Below the pieces are notes generated by a model that was not told where the DNA came from, searched no databases, and saw nothing but the letters and a program-made list of their open reading frames with translations. The position numbers and the translations under genes are program-made. A DNA stretch of 63,258 nt, the filler included, from Octopus bimaculoides (Eukaryota): assembly GCF_001194135.2 (NCBI RefSeq). It is 7 parts of 7 records of this genome, joined end to end, with 100 filler letters (N's around TTAATTAATTAA, not from the genome) between each part and the next. Parts side by side here need not be neighbours in the genome. Positions count along the whole stretch, not along the records: positions 16,062 to 29,455 come from NC_068990.1; positions 29,556 to 35,218 come from NC_068988.1; positions 35,319 to 54,399 come from NC_068989.1; 4 more parts are not named here. One strand, 5' to 3'. Below are positions 26,906 to 38,219 of the stretch, piece by piece (position 1 is the first letter of the stretch; every line of letters begins with the position of its first letter).

Positions 26906-27034
26906 ATGGCATCTAAGCAATATATTTCACTTTTGACTCTTTGTGAAACAAATAATAATAATAATAATTTTAACATTTTTAGGCAATTATTTTGTTGAGA
27001 GAGAACTGTTGCTTATATCAACCATGAAATATGA

Positions 27035-27125
27035 CAGGTACTTAATTTATCAATCCACCACCAAAAGAAAGCTGAAAGAAAAAGTCAGTCTCTGCAGGAT
27101 TTGAACTCAAAACCTAATGGGCTGA
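27035..27125 (-). mobile_element. SINE family 1, degraded fragment
   Basis: GGTACTTAATTTATCAA...GGATTTGAACTCAAAAC. Confidence 0.5.
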
Positions 27126-27915
27126 TCTAACAACTCTGCTATCTTTAAATCGTGCAATTTTTATCCTGTAAATGAAAGCTATTTAGGAATGAAATCATTT
27201 AATGTCTGTAAAACTACGAAACTTTCTCAACTATTAATTACAATGAACAGTAACACAACCGTTAGAATATTTTTTAGCCATATCTTTTTGCGGGTTCTTT
27301 AGATTCCTCTGCAAAAACGGTAAGATTAATCCCCGAACTTCACTTTCGTATTATAACAAATATAAAGATATAGTTCCCGTATACGAAGCAATAAAAACAT
27401 GTATACAGAATGTACACAACACCAGTTTTATATACAAGTGTATATCTCACAGATAATTACTCGGTTGTGTAGTGTATAGACCTAGCTTAACGTTGCGTAA
27501 CTTCATAGATTTGATTTACTGTCAAACAACTGTAACTGTTCTAGAATCTATATAGTTTCTTTTTTTTTAACATAATCTGGGGACTTTGTTGCTGTATTGC
27601 GATTGATATTTCTTCAAACACAGGATCATATTTTTCATCCAATGATTAAGGCTCAAAGATAATATTGTTTGGATATTTCTTTTTGGGTAACTCGATAAAG
27701 GTGAGTTGTGAAAATTGATCCCAAGGTCTACTACATAACACAAGCACATTAAAAAAAAAGAAGCTCACAAACTCACAAACTCACAAACTAACACAAAAAT
27801 ACAGATACATTCGCACGCACATATATACACACATAAATACATCATTCACATTGGTACATACGTTAATAGACGGGCCATTATATTACGAAATATTACCCAC
27901 TGCCACGTATATATA

Positions 27916-27986
<71 letters not shown>

Positions 27987-28880
27987 CGCACACATTTGGA
28001 CAAAGGACCTTATATCGCTTTAAGTAATCAATATGTGTGTGTGCATGTACGTATATAGGCGTTTATGAAGGTGTAGATTTGTGTGTAGGTACACTTCCAT
28101 TTGTGTATGGATGTGTTATCAATCACAGAGATGCGAAAATTAAAAGATGGCATTACAGCTTGATGCTATCAGTGAGCTACCAAGTCAAGGGAATGTGGAT
28201 TTGTTGCTTTATCGCAAAATAGTCAGCGATTAGGAGTAAAAGATAACGAAATCCGGTCCGATATCTCAAAAGGTTTAACTGTTTGTTTACAACCCATAAA
28301 TCAGAAACATGACCTTATCAACTATTCAGGTGATACAAATGCACACTCGTAATTGCTCACGAATGCTCCCTAAAAAAATATGAGTGCCCATACAAATATC
28401 TACTTTCTTCTGGATATGTACAAAGAAACGCATAAAGGGACAAAGACATACAAATTTACTTACACACACACACACACACGCACACACGCACACATACACA
28501 CACATACACATATATGTATACATACATATATGTATACACACATACATTCACATATATGCACGCACGCACACATACCATACACATCTGTATATTCATGTAG
28601 GTATGTTTATACGTACATGCAAACACATGCACATTTGTATATATAGCGTGTGTTTTTGTATAAAATCTATCACCGTTTAAATATATATAAGTGCTTTTAG
28701 TTCAAAGTGATAACATTACTAGCACGAGTTATTCTTCTATTTATTTGCATGCTTACCTTTGTACTTAACACTGAGCATTGATCGATCTGTACCGTTATGT
28801 TTCACTGAAATATGACGAACAGAATCGACTATTTTACCATTTCGTGACCAGAAGTATCCAACGAAGTGCAATTACTCATG

Positions 28881-29008
<128 letters not shown>

Positions 29009-29556
29009 AACATATATAAGGATAAATATTACAGATACCAATTTCGTAAACCATGCAAATTATATGTATGTCTTTCTTTCCCCACCTTTCTTTCTACATA
29101 AATTTGTGTGTGTATGTGTGTGTGCGTGATCGCACGATTTCATGGATTTCATGGATGAGTGTTAGATTGCTTAATCAACTAAATGATGAAAGCATTGGAT
29201 TAACTTATGGGATACCTGTGTATTTACAGGCACCTATGCTCTTCAAGGAGAAACATCGTGATGCAATATATAACTTTGCTGAAGTTATGAACTACAAGTA
29301 CAATCAATCCGAGGGGCTTTCAAAAAGTTTCCTTTTTAAACTTACATCTGATATACAAATACACGCACATATATCTACGTATGTGTGTGTGTATGCGTGC
29401 GTGTCTGTATACATACATACATACATATATATATATACATACATATATATATATANNNNNNNNNNNNNNNNNNNNNNNNNNNNNNNNNNNNNNNNNNNNT
29501 TAATTAATTAANNNNNNNNNNNNNNNNNNNNNNNNNNNNNNNNNNNNNNNNNNNNA

Positions 29557-29800
29557 ATAAGAATTTCTAACTTCCGGTCAGCCATTGTTATGATCGGCCA
29601 TTATTATGATTGACCGTTGACTGAACACTATTCAATTTTTTTTTCTCCGTGTTTTTCTCCTTGTCTCCGTATTCTTTCTGTTGAAGAGCGTAGCTCGAAA
29701 CGTCAAAGACTTTCCGTATTCCCGAGCGTCATACTAATATATACTTTTGTTATTTACACCACCTGTCCTCGTCTGTTGTTATTTTTTGTATATTCTCCCA
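29557..29800 (+). mobile_element. Penelope-type terminal repeat family B
   Basis: Contains a hammerhead motif. A diverged minus-strand homologue lies at about 40280-40440. Confidence 0.55.
29673..29709 (+). ncRNA. Minimal type I hammerhead motif, GUC site, core CUGUUGA
   Basis: TCTTT CTGTTGA A GAGC-gta-GCTC GAAAC GTC AAAGA. Stem I is a perfect 5 bp, stem II 4 bp. Confidence 0.6.
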
Positions 29801-29997
29801 TATATATATATATATATATATATAGGCGAATGTACGGATTGATGCCATTACGCGAACACTATAGACCTTTCTACTCCCTTACCTTTACTCCCACCCCTTA
29901 CTCGGCGGTATATAGCTCTTTTGTCTTAATGACGGTCAACCACACATTAATTTCCCTTTGTTTAACGGAAATTTTTCGCAGGAATTTTCAATGGCCC

Positions 29998-30058
29998 GAT
30001 AACTGAAGAGATGTTGGCATGGATTTCCACCCCGGCATCCGAAACTCGGAGTTTTATC
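29998..30058 (+). ncRNA. Type I hammerhead motif with intact CUGAAGA core
   Basis: GATAA CTGAAGA GATGTTGG...CCGGCATC C GAAAC T-cgg-A GTT TTATC. Stem I is a perfect 5 bp, stem II 8 bp, stem III 3 bp. Confidence 0.7.
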
Positions 30059-30148
30059 ATGGCTACGGAATAAGTGTCACATATTTTTACAGATATATAT
30101 GTCTGCGTGTGTGTGTGTGTGTGTGTGTGCGTGTGTGTATAAATATAT

Positions 30149-33120
30149 GATCTGGCGCTGTTTCTACAGCTGGATACCCTTCCTAACACCAACTACTCTG
30201 AGCATGTAGTGGGTGCTTTTTATGTGCCACTGGCACAGAAGGCAGTCAAAGCGGCACTGGCATCGGCCACGTTCGGATGGTGCTTTTTACGTGCTACCAG
30301 CACAGGGGTCACAACTACAATTTCCATTTGATTTGATTTTGATATTGATGTTGATGATGATGTACTTGACTCAAGAGGTCTCCTCAAGCACGGCATGTCA
30401 CTCTATGATCCTAGGTAAGATTTGAGTGGGCTGGTTATGCGGCACTGGTGTAGGTTACAGATGTGTACTCTCTTTATTTGCCGGGTTTTCTCAGTCACAG
30501 CATACCTCCAGAAGTCCCAGTCTTTTGTTATTGCCTCTGTGAGGCCCAACGTTCGAAGGTCATGCTTCAGCACCTCATCCCATTATTTCCTGGATCTCCT
30601 TCTACCTGGATTCCTCCGACTGTTTGGGAGTGGCACTTCTTCACACGGCTCTCCTCGTCCACCCGCCGTACATGACCAAACCAACGCAAACGTCTCTCTT
30701 GCACACCATATCCGATGTTTCTTATGTCTAACATTTCTCTCAGGGTGCTCTGTTGTATGTGCACACTGACATTACACATCCAGCGGATCATGCTAGCTTC
30801 ATTTTTTTCCAGCCTACGCAGGTCTTCTGCAGTCATAGCCCATGTTTCACTGGCATGAAGCATGGCAGTTCACACACATGCATCATACAATCTACCTTTC
30901 ACTCTGAGCGAGAGGCCCTTTGTCACAAATAGGAGTAGAAGCTTTCTGAACTTTGCCCAGACTATTCTTATTCTAGTGGTAACACTCTCTGAGCAGCCCC
31001 CCCCCACCCACTACAGACTTGGACACCCAGGTAGTGGAAGCTATCAACTACTTCTAGTTTTTCCCCCTGACATGTGATGGAGTCTGTTTTCTGAGCATCT
31101 GTGGTGTTTACTGTCCCTATGCATCTGTTGCACATGAAAGCTATGGACCCTCTCTGTGACCTTTATCACCTGATCCAGCAGTTTGATACCCCTGTAGTTA
31201 TTTCTATTTAAAGCATCACCTTTACCTTTGCAGCAGTTGACTATGGTGCTGCTACGCCAGTTATTAGGTATGACTCCATCATGAACTACCTGGTTTACAA
31301 TATGGGTGACTAGGCCATAGCCCATACCACTAGATGTTTTAAGCATCTCAGCAGTGATTCCTGATGGGCCGAGGGCTTTTTCTGGCTTCATACCCTTAAT
31401 TGTTTTATCTACCATGGTGCTGTCTATTTGGATAGCTTGTCCCTCTACTGGATCAACATCTGGCAGGCTCTCCTCCTCGCACTCATTCTCCATGTTCAGC
31501 AGTCTTCCATAATGTCTTCTCCAAGCCTCTTTCTTTTCCAAATCATTAAAAGCAAGTGCACCATCATCCATGCAGACACATTTCTATCCTGTAACATCAC
31601 AATTTTCTCTCACACACTATCTTGCAATCTGAAATACTTCAGTTCTTTGGTCCTCATGTCGCTTGACATTGGCAAACTTCTTTTCTGCTTCACCCTTGGC
31701 TATGTATAACTGTTGCCCAGCCTTCCTTTTGGCTATCTGGTACGGTTCCCTGCTATCCCCACACTTCCAGGCTTTCCAGGCCTGTTTCTTACATCTGATG
31801 GCTTTGTCTACCGTATTATTCCACCACCATGTTACTCTAGGTCAGGAAGGGACTATGCACCATCCACAGACTTTGTCTGTGGCACTCAGTAAACTGTCCT
31901 GTAGGAATTTCCAGCTACCTTCTATGTCCAAGGTCTGTAGTTCTTTCTCACTCTCATCAAATTTCTTGATGAGAATATCCCTAAATCTCTGACCATGTGA
32001 AGGGTTCTTTAGCTTCCAAATCCTTCTCTTCTGGATTGGTCTACTTCTTGGCATCCTTCTGATATAGTCTATGCTGGGGAGTGCATTCCTCACCTAGGAG
32101 GGTCTTTGTATTTAAGAGCAACCCTGCGTCCCACTGTCTGGTGAGGATGAAATCAATCTGGATAGCAGAGTACCCTGATTGATAGGTTATCAGGTGGTTG
32201 TCTGGCTTCCTGAAGTTAGTGTTGTAGATTAAAAGGTTACATGCATCACAGAACTCCAGTAGCCTAGTTCCCTCATCGTTCCAGGAACCAATACCATGGC
32301 CCCCGTGTACACCAGTGAAGATACTGGATTTCCGCCTAACATGCCCATTAAAATCTCCAGCCACAAAGATGAGGTCATTGCCACTCGTCTTTGAGGTGGC
32401 CTGTAGAAGGGTATCATAAAAGCAGTCCTTCTGATCATTTGGTAGGTTCGCTTGTGGGGCGTAGGCAGAGATAATTGTAGCTGTACTTTTCTGCAGGACT
32501 AGCCTGAGCTTAACCACTCTATCACATACCTTGACAACCTTTATGACCTTATCCACCCATTTCTATGCAAGGAGTATGCCAACACACCCTACTCCATCCA
32601 TGTTACCTTGCCAGAAGGCTTTAAACTTATGTGCCTTACCTGTAAGGACCCTAGCTGAAGCTGCTCTCCATCTTACCTCTTGTATGCAGCATACCTGTCT
32701 CCTTTCAAGCATCTCTACACTCTCACTAGACCTACCTTTCAGTGTGCCTACATTGACAGTGCCAACTCTAAAAACTGGGGAGGGAATGTGAGGTGAGGCA
32801 TGGGGAGGAGAGATGTTATTCAGCGCCTGAAAAGAAAAGATAGGTTGTCGTTTTCGTCTTTTAGGCATGCTTCACCTGTTCTCATTCCTGACCTGCCATC
32901 ATTCAAACATTCAAGTGTGTTAAGCTTGTTGCCCCTTCTGGGGGTGGGAGTAGGTGTTAGCTGCATTGTAAGTATAAGCATTATGGTCATCAAGTAATGT
33001 ATATTTAAGCAGTGTAGCAAAATATGTATGTTCCAATGTTAGATTAGGTAGGGAGTCAACTAAACTGATTACGTTTGTCCAGGGAGAGGGAATTGCAGGT
33101 ATGATGGAGGGTAGCACCAA
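30149..33120 (-). mobile_element. RTE-clade LINE with APE endonuclease intact in pieces and RT core deleted
   Basis: GTVNVGTL...CCIQEVRW, ISAYAPQ, VAGDFNGHV, QIDFIL, GPSGITAEMLK, NYRGIKLL, MLHASETW, RRLRWFGHV. No YADD region is present. Confidence 0.92.
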
Positions 33121-33210
33121 CGGGTGAGGGTTCAGACAGAGAGAGAGGAAACAAGCATACTATCAATTGAAGGAGAAAGCTATTCGGCTGTCCATGTGTG
33201 CTTGTTCCTC

Positions 33211-33243
<33 letters not shown>

Positions 33244-33423
33244 ATATGTATATATATATATATATGTATATATGTATACAAATACATATGTGTGTGTGTA
33301 TATGTATATATATATATGTAGATTTATAGGTATATATGCATATATATATGTATAAATATATATGTATATATATATGTATATATGTATATATTTATGTATA
33401 TATATGTATATATATGTATATTA

Positions 33424-33465
<42 letters not shown>

Positions 33466-34593
33466 NNNNNNNNNNNNNNNNNNNNNNNNNNNNNNNNNNN
33501 NNNNNNNNNNNNNNNNNNNNNNNNNNNNNNNNNNNNNNNNNNNNNNNNNNNNNNNNNNNNNNNNNNNNNNNNNNNNNNNNNNNNNNNNNNNNNNNNNNNN
33601 NNNNNNNNNNNNNNNNNNNNNNNNNNNNNNNNNNNNNNNNNNNNNNNNNNNNNNNNNNNNNNNNNNNNNNNNNNNNNNNNNNNNNNNNNNNNNNNNNNNN
33701 NNNNNNNNNNNNNNNNNNNNNNNNNNNNNNNNNNNNNNNNNNNNNNNNNNNNNNNNNNNNNNNNNNNNNNNNNNNNNNNNNNNNNNNNNNNNNNNNNNNN
33801 NNNNNNNNNNNNNNNNNNNNNNNNNNNNNNNNNNNNNNNNNNNNNNNNNNNNNNNNNNNNNNNNNNNNNNNNNNNNNNNNNNNNNNNNNNNNNNNNNNNN
33901 NNNNNNNNNNNNNNNNNNNNNNNNNNNNNNNNNNNNNNNNNNNNNNNNNNNNNNNNNNNNNNNNNNNNNNNNNNNNNNNNNNNNNNNNNNNNNNNNNNNN
34001 NNNNNNNNNNNNNNNNNNNNNNNNNNNNNNNNNNNNNNNNNNNNNNNNNNNNNNNNNNNNNNNNNNNNNNNNNNNNNNNNNNNNNNNNNNNNNNNNNNNN
34101 NNNNNNNNNNNNNNNNNNNNNNNNNNNNNNNNNNNNNNNNNNNNNNNNNNNNNNNNNNNNNNNNNNNNNNNNNNNNNNNNNNNNNNNNNNNNNNNNNNNN
34201 NNNNNNNNNNNNNNNNNNNNNNNNNNNNNNNNNNNNNNNNNNNNNNNNNNNNNNNNNNNNNNNNNNNNNNNNNNNNNNNNNNNNNNNNNNNNNNNNNNNN
34301 NNNNNNNNNNNNNNNNNNNNNNNNNNNNNNNNNNNNNNNNNNNNNNNNNNNNNNNNNNNNNNNNNNNNNNNNNNNNNNNNNNNNNNNNNNNNNNNNNNNN
34401 NNNNNNNNNNNNNNNNNNNNNNNNNNNNNNNNNNNNNNNNNNNNNNNNNNNTATATTGTTCATATGATGATATCTCCACAATGTGTTGATGAGATAAACA
34501 TGTAATCGCTACCAAAATAGCAAGAGATTTCTCCCCCAAAGGTCTAAAGTAGACTCCTTGTGGATCGATCCCCTTGGTTATATGTCAAAAATT

Positions 34594-34679
34594 TAAATGA
34601 GAGTTTTGACGCTGATATCCATTATCATTGAAATTTATAAATTTCAATGATAATGGATATTAGCATCAAAGCTCTCATT

Positions 34680-34681
<2 letters not shown>
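34594..34681. repeat. 88-bp loopless palindrome
   Basis: Arms are 44 bp with 3 mismatches. The centre is ATCATTGAAATTTA|TAAATTTCAATGAT. Confidence 0.9.
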
Positions 34682-34718
<37 letters not shown>

Positions 34719-36056
34719 ATATATATATATGTACGTATCTATATATAAGCATATATATACGTGTATATATGTATATATAATATATATATATATATGTATA
34801 TGCATATATATGTATATGTATATATATATGCATATATATATATATTTATATATATATGTATATGTATATGTAGATATGCAGGGCAGGGAATCGTCAATTA
34901 GTAATAAAATTAATAATTAACAATTTAGCGTGAGTTATTTAGACATTAACAAATTTATTAGAATATTTAGCTGAAAATCAGAATAGAGTATTCTTTACTC
35001 TTAACTGTGAAACGATCGTACTAAATTAACTAAAGGCAAGTGTTTTTTTACTCTTCTCTACTGTTTTTTGTTCTGTGTGTATCAAAAATATCGCTATCAA
35101 TCTGGAGTAATAATTTGTAGTTTTGAAATCAGTAGTTCTTTGACTGCTATTTCTGAATTCTCAGTATGTTGGAGAAGCAGGTTACTGTCAATCCCTATAT
35201 ATTTATGATTATATGTATNNNNNNNNNNNNNNNNNNNNNNNNNNNNNNNNNNNNNNNNNNNNTTAATTAATTAANNNNNNNNNNNNNNNNNNNNNNNNNN
35301 NNNNNNNNNNNNNNNNNNTATATATATATATATATATATATATATGTTATGAGCGGTAGTGGCGTCAATGAGACCGAGAGTTTCAGGTAATGCTCAGTAA
35401 GTGCTATGGATAGAACATAGTTAAGCTCCAGGTTCGGTGATTATGCGAATAAGGGGTCCAGTGTAAGTCATATATCAGCGATAAACATAGTAAATATACA
35501 ACACTCGACAACCGCATACATCATTTCAAAACTACAAATGAACCCTATATTCTTCATGGGGTTCAAAGCTCAACATACAATCTTTACCTGCAGGAGGCAC
35601 TTTACATATTAAAGCACAACTCTCCAGCTCTGCTACATAAACATAATGAAGCACTAAACACGTGTAATCACAGCTTTTTTCATACATTCAAATTCTACCA
35701 CAAATCCAATTGCCAAAATGGCCATACAGTACATTTCCACAATACCGCTTAAGTAATCCCAATAACCTTATAAATCTACATTTTAACTTCTCTCTCGTAC
35801 CTGAATTTCACAACCATCTAATTGTATTCATGTGTGTGTGCATCCATGCTGATATGCTTGTATATGTATGTGTGTGTATGCGCGTATGTATGCAAATGCG
35901 TATGTTTGAATATACGTATGTATGCAAGGTATATATACCTGCGTGTACTGGGGCGATAATACATTCAGATAGACGTATATGTGGGTGTACATGTATGCAT
36001 ATACATATGAGTACGAGTTATATATGTAGATATTGATATGTATAAACATCCCTATA

Positions 36057-36091
<35 letters not shown>

Positions 36092-36590
36092 TGTCTAATA
36101 TATACATATGTATTCATTTTCATTTTTTTTCGTTTTTTTCTCTTCTACTACTTGCACTGACCTGTCCACCCATTTAAATTCCTAAATTCTTCTTTCAGTC
36201 CTGCTACCCCTTCCGCTGCCCCATCAGACTCCATCACTTCAATCAACACGTTTTTACGCTTTAAATCTCTCTCCTCATCACCCAATTCCTTCTATCTTTC
36301 TACACACTAATACCTTTCTCTCCCTATCACCCTTATCTCCCCATTCCTACTTTCTAATTATATCCACTGGCCATTATCTAGTACACTTTCCCATATCTCT
36401 ATTTTTATATTCCTTGTTTCTTTCTTTTTTTTATTCCTCTTATTTTTCTTCTCCCTTTTTTCTTCTCTCACTCTCTCTTCCTTTGTTCTTCCTCTCTTCC
36501 TGTTTTCGATTTGAATTTACTAATACATTCCCTACTTTTAGGTCACTTTAAATAAAACCCTTGATTCAATAACACTATATATAATCTTGG

Positions 36591-36771
36591 AATGACCATT
36601 TTTAAAGACTATTGGATTTTACTTATAGAGTATTGGAATCTTATATGTATAACCATCAGCCTAAATAATGGGTTTACAAATGCAATGACCAATTTTATAT
36701 ATTGTCGGATTTTACTCATATTGGACTCTTATATGTATACCATTCTGCCTAAACAGTGGATTTACAAATAC
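36591..36771. repeat. Two diverged tandem units (93 and 88 bp)
   Basis: Both read AATGACC...GGATTTTACT...TATTGGA.TCTTATATGTATA...GCCTAAA...TTTACAAAT. Confidence 0.75.
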
Positions 36772-37420
36772 AATATCCCTGCATATCTCACATCTATTTT
36801 CGTTCAACCATTTCACTCTCTATTTCCAATATTATCTAACTTAACTATTGCTTAACCATCTTCTCCCACCGTCTCCGATCAAGGGATATAATAAATATGA
36901 TAGAAACAGCTGTAAGACCTATTTATGAATGTTATAAAATATACACAGACTTGGTTTCTTTTTTTTGTCTCATTACGAAAAGTAAATCCTTATATATAAA
37001 GAGAAAATAATATAGGAGAATTGATTTGGTGGAATGAAAACGCACCCCAGACTCAAAACGGATTTTAGTTTGTAAATTTTGTAACAATTTTAATAAAATA
37101 TCAAACTGACTTCGACAGTTTTTTCAATGATGAATAAAAAAAGAAAGGTTAGCGAAGATCGATTGTACAAAGGGAAAGTTTGAAAAACTATGCTTAAACC
37201 TTCAACTGTCCACACAAATCATAATATTAATGTTTACAAAGATGGACAGTAATGCAAGTTCAATTCAAATCATACATGATTGAAAGTTCAGTAATATTGA
37301 GTTAAACAGGCAGTTAGATACGATTATGTTTTTCAAGGAGTAAGAAAAGAAAGAAGTAGACTTTTTCATAATATCTGCCGGAGTGGGAGCTTGCAATAAT
37401 TTAAGGTGAAATAGCTTTGT

Positions 37421-37542
37421 ATATATTGGTTTGAAAAGTTCATAGGCTAACCATGAAACTCTCATGGAATGTGACGGAACGAGATTTATTTTTCAATATA
37501 GTCAACTCTGCGATCCGCACACTTGTTCCATTGGTGGAAGAA
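37421..37542 (-). mobile_element. Mariner 3' end fragment
   Basis: Minus strand reads FHQWNKCADRRVDYIEK* (mariner C-terminus), followed by a TIR-like GGTTAGCCTATGAACTTTTCAAACC. Confidence 0.65.
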
Positions 37543-37571
37543 TAATAGACGAGTTCGATTCCAAGCAGTAG

Positions 37572-37645
<74 letters not shown>

Positions 37646-37651
<6 letters not shown>

Positions 37652-37871
37652 TATTTAGACAAATACATAACAAAAACACTAGGACTTACAAATATATATA
37701 ACATACAGAAAATTGCACTACTGGGCACTGCACACATCCTACGCAAAACACTTTCAATACAGTAACCATAAGAGCACCACATCAAACCACAGCACATACC
37801 CAAGGCGCACAGAGCTGCGCTCGGTAGTGAAGTGAAAGCACGTTATAAAAATAAAAATAAAACTCCTGAAC
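37646..37871 (+). mobile_element. 5'-truncated R4/Dong-like LINE 3' end inserted in (TAA)n
   Basis: 37649-37765 encodes KYLDKYITKTLGLTNIYNIQKIALLGTAHILRKTLSIQ* with no disruption. (AAT)n lies on both sides. Confidence 0.8.
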
Positions 37872-37928
37872 AATAATAATCATAATAATAATAATAATAT
37901 TAATAATAATAATAATAATAATAATAAC

Positions 37929-37931
<3 letters not shown>

Positions 37932-37961
<30 letters not shown>

Positions 37962-38008
37962 AAGAAGAAGAAGAAGAAGAAGAAGAAGAAGAAGAAGAAG
38001 AAGAAGAA

Positions 38009-38055
<47 letters not shown>

Positions 38056-38084
38056 AGAAGAAGAAGAAGAAGAAGAAGAAGAAG

Positions 38085-38121
<37 letters not shown>

Positions 38122-38125
38122 GCAA
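37932..38125. repeat. (GAA)n then (CAA)n
   Basis: Seen directly. Confidence 0.95.
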
Positions 38126-38173
38126 CATATAAAATACCTTAGGAATGGGAACCCAGGTTCAAAATTTTCCCAA

Positions 38174-38219
38174 GACACCTGATGGAGGCTGGAGGGTATA
38201 TTCACCGAAATGTTGTGTT
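38174..38219 (+). ncRNA. Degenerate hammerhead motif, family H
   Basis: GACAC CTGATGG A GGCTG...TCACC GAAAT GTT GTGTT. Confidence 0.5.

Noticed and set aside
29308-29335. CGAGGGGCTTTCAAAAAGTTTCC, a mariner TIR-like stretch
   Set aside because: Too short, with no partner TIR or ORF nearby.
33324-34539. ORFs of 360-389 aa, and similar ones at 12847 and 45484
   Set aside because: They are mostly N gap translated as X.
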